A stretch of 64,000 bases of DNA from Cenococcum geophilum (taxonomy: Eukaryota): positions 27,528,001 to 27,592,000 of the forward strand of contig CP158635.1 of NCBI GenBank assembly GCA_050273025.1, given 5' to 3'. The position numbers and the translations under genes are program-made. This document shows, piece by piece, positions 62,791 to 64,000 of this stretch. The notes beneath the pieces were generated by a model, which was not told where the DNA came from, did no database searches, and saw nothing but the letters and a program-made list of their open reading frames with translations. Each line of letters begins with the position of its first letter. Position 1 is the first letter of the stretch.

Positions 62791-63987
62791 ATGACACCCT
62801 TTGTACGAGTAATTTCTTTGTATGCGCAGATATTGCCATGCGCCTGGCGCGCTAGCAGGACGGTACTCCCAGTCAGCACATACCCAGCCGCTCGAGCATT
62901 TTCAACTACGGTACAGAGGAAGTCTGCTGCCCAATCAGGCCGAGCGCCACTAGATCCTCCAACAGGCGGCAAAGCAGATGCTGGCACATCGCTTCTTGGT
63001 ACCAAAAAGCACCTACCTGAATTCAGCCTGGCAGATAAGGTCGTCCTAGTATCAGGAGGAGCTAGAGGACTCGGCCTCACACAGGCAGAGGGTCTTCTGG
63101 AAGCTGGTGCAACAGGTGCGGAATCTTAGTCCTGGCAGCGCAGCTTGTGCTCTACAAATTTCATTGGCTCGGAGGCAACTGACCATACACAGTTTACGCC
63201 TTGGATCGCCTTCCCGAGCCGTCTCCCGATTTCCACACCATCTCTGCGCGCGCGGAAAAAGATCTCGGCACGTCCCTACACTACCGCCAGACGGATGTGT
63301 GTGATATACCGAACCTGAACAAAATCATCGCCGAAATCGCAGACAAGCATGGCCGACTGGATGGACTAATCGCCGCAGCCGGCATCCAACAGGAGACGCC
63401 CGCGTTGGAGTACACCGCCGAAGACGCAAACCGCATGCTATCGATCAACGTCACAGGCGTATTCATGACGGCGCAAGCAGCGGCGAAGCAGATGATCAGG
63501 TTCGGGCAAGGTGGAAGCATTGTGCTGATTGCTAGTATGAGCGGGTCGATAGCAAATAGGGTATATCCTCCTACCACCGAGGTGTAAAGCGCAGTGACTG
63601 AAGAATGGTGCAAACAGGGCCTCATATGTCCTGTGTACAACGCGTCCAAAGCAGGCGTGATCCAGCTCGCGCGGAATCTCGCCTCTGAATGGGGCGAGTA
63701 CAACATCCGCGTCAACACTCTCTCTCCAGGCTATATCGTCACAGCTATGGTTGAGGAGCTGTTCAAGCAGCTTCCTGAGCGGCGCGAGGAATGGCCGAAG
63801 CAGAATATGCTTGGGAGGCTGTCTGGGCCCAGGGAGTATCGCGGGGCTGGGGTTTTCTTGCTAAGCGACGCGAGCAGCTTTATGGTAAGCTGATGTCCAA
63901 ATTTCGTTTCAACAGAAGGGGAGCTGATGATGCATTTGCTAGACCGGAAGTGACCTTCGAATGGACGGCGGCCATGCAGCGTGGTAG
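62791..63987 (+). CDS. Short-chain dehydrogenase/reductase (D-arabinitol 2-dehydrogenase/sorbose reductase-like). Exons 62791-63115, 63193-63560, 63618-63884, 63943-63987
   Basis: VLVSGGARGLG, AAAGI, IASMSG, YNASK, RVNTLSPG, MTGSDLRMDGG; Arg/Ser-rich N-terminus resembling a mitochondrial presequence. Confidence 0.92.
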
Positions 63988-64000
63988 TGTGGGCGTTTGT

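Noticed and set aside
42184..63987. Secondary-metabolite cluster or Starship-type cargo region
   Set aside because: No PKS, NRPS or terpene backbone gene and no tyrosine-recombinase captain recognised in the window.

Overview
Eukaryotic DNA from a transposon-rich filamentous ascomycete: short GT-AG introns with CTRAY branch sites, and AT-rich repeats riddled with TAA/TAG codons typical of RIP. Bases 149-41754 are mostly nested, RIP-killed transposons whose ends and target-site duplications (TSDs) can be read directly. (1) A Ty1/copia element splits a DUF7580-like gene and itself contains a chromodomain Ty3/gypsy element. (2) A pogo relic hosts a Tc1/mariner-type element that contains a Harbinger-type MITE and a solo LTR. 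(3) A 12-kb AcademH-like DNA transposon (DUF6589-like transposase, RecQ-like helicase, 9-bp TSD) contains a Tad1-like LINE and sits in an amidase gene fragment. (4) A second copia element. Apparently intact genes: S41 peptidase, CorA-like protein, secreted SnoaL-like protein, a small beta-trefoil-like protein, NCS1 permease, a secreted two-domain Cys-rich protein, an amidase and an SDR. Pseudogenes cluster at 42-57 kb (ketopantoate reductase, mucin-like protein, tyrosinase, serine carboxypeptidase, probably a HET-domain gene). Most unexpected observations: a 174-bp multi-hairpin module shared by the 3' UTRs of the gypsy and the second copia; hairpin-forming termini and a dispersed AATATCCGC motif in the AcademH-like element; and an inside/outside asymmetry of RIP across three LTR pairs. 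Family names come from motifs recognised by eye, not from database searches.
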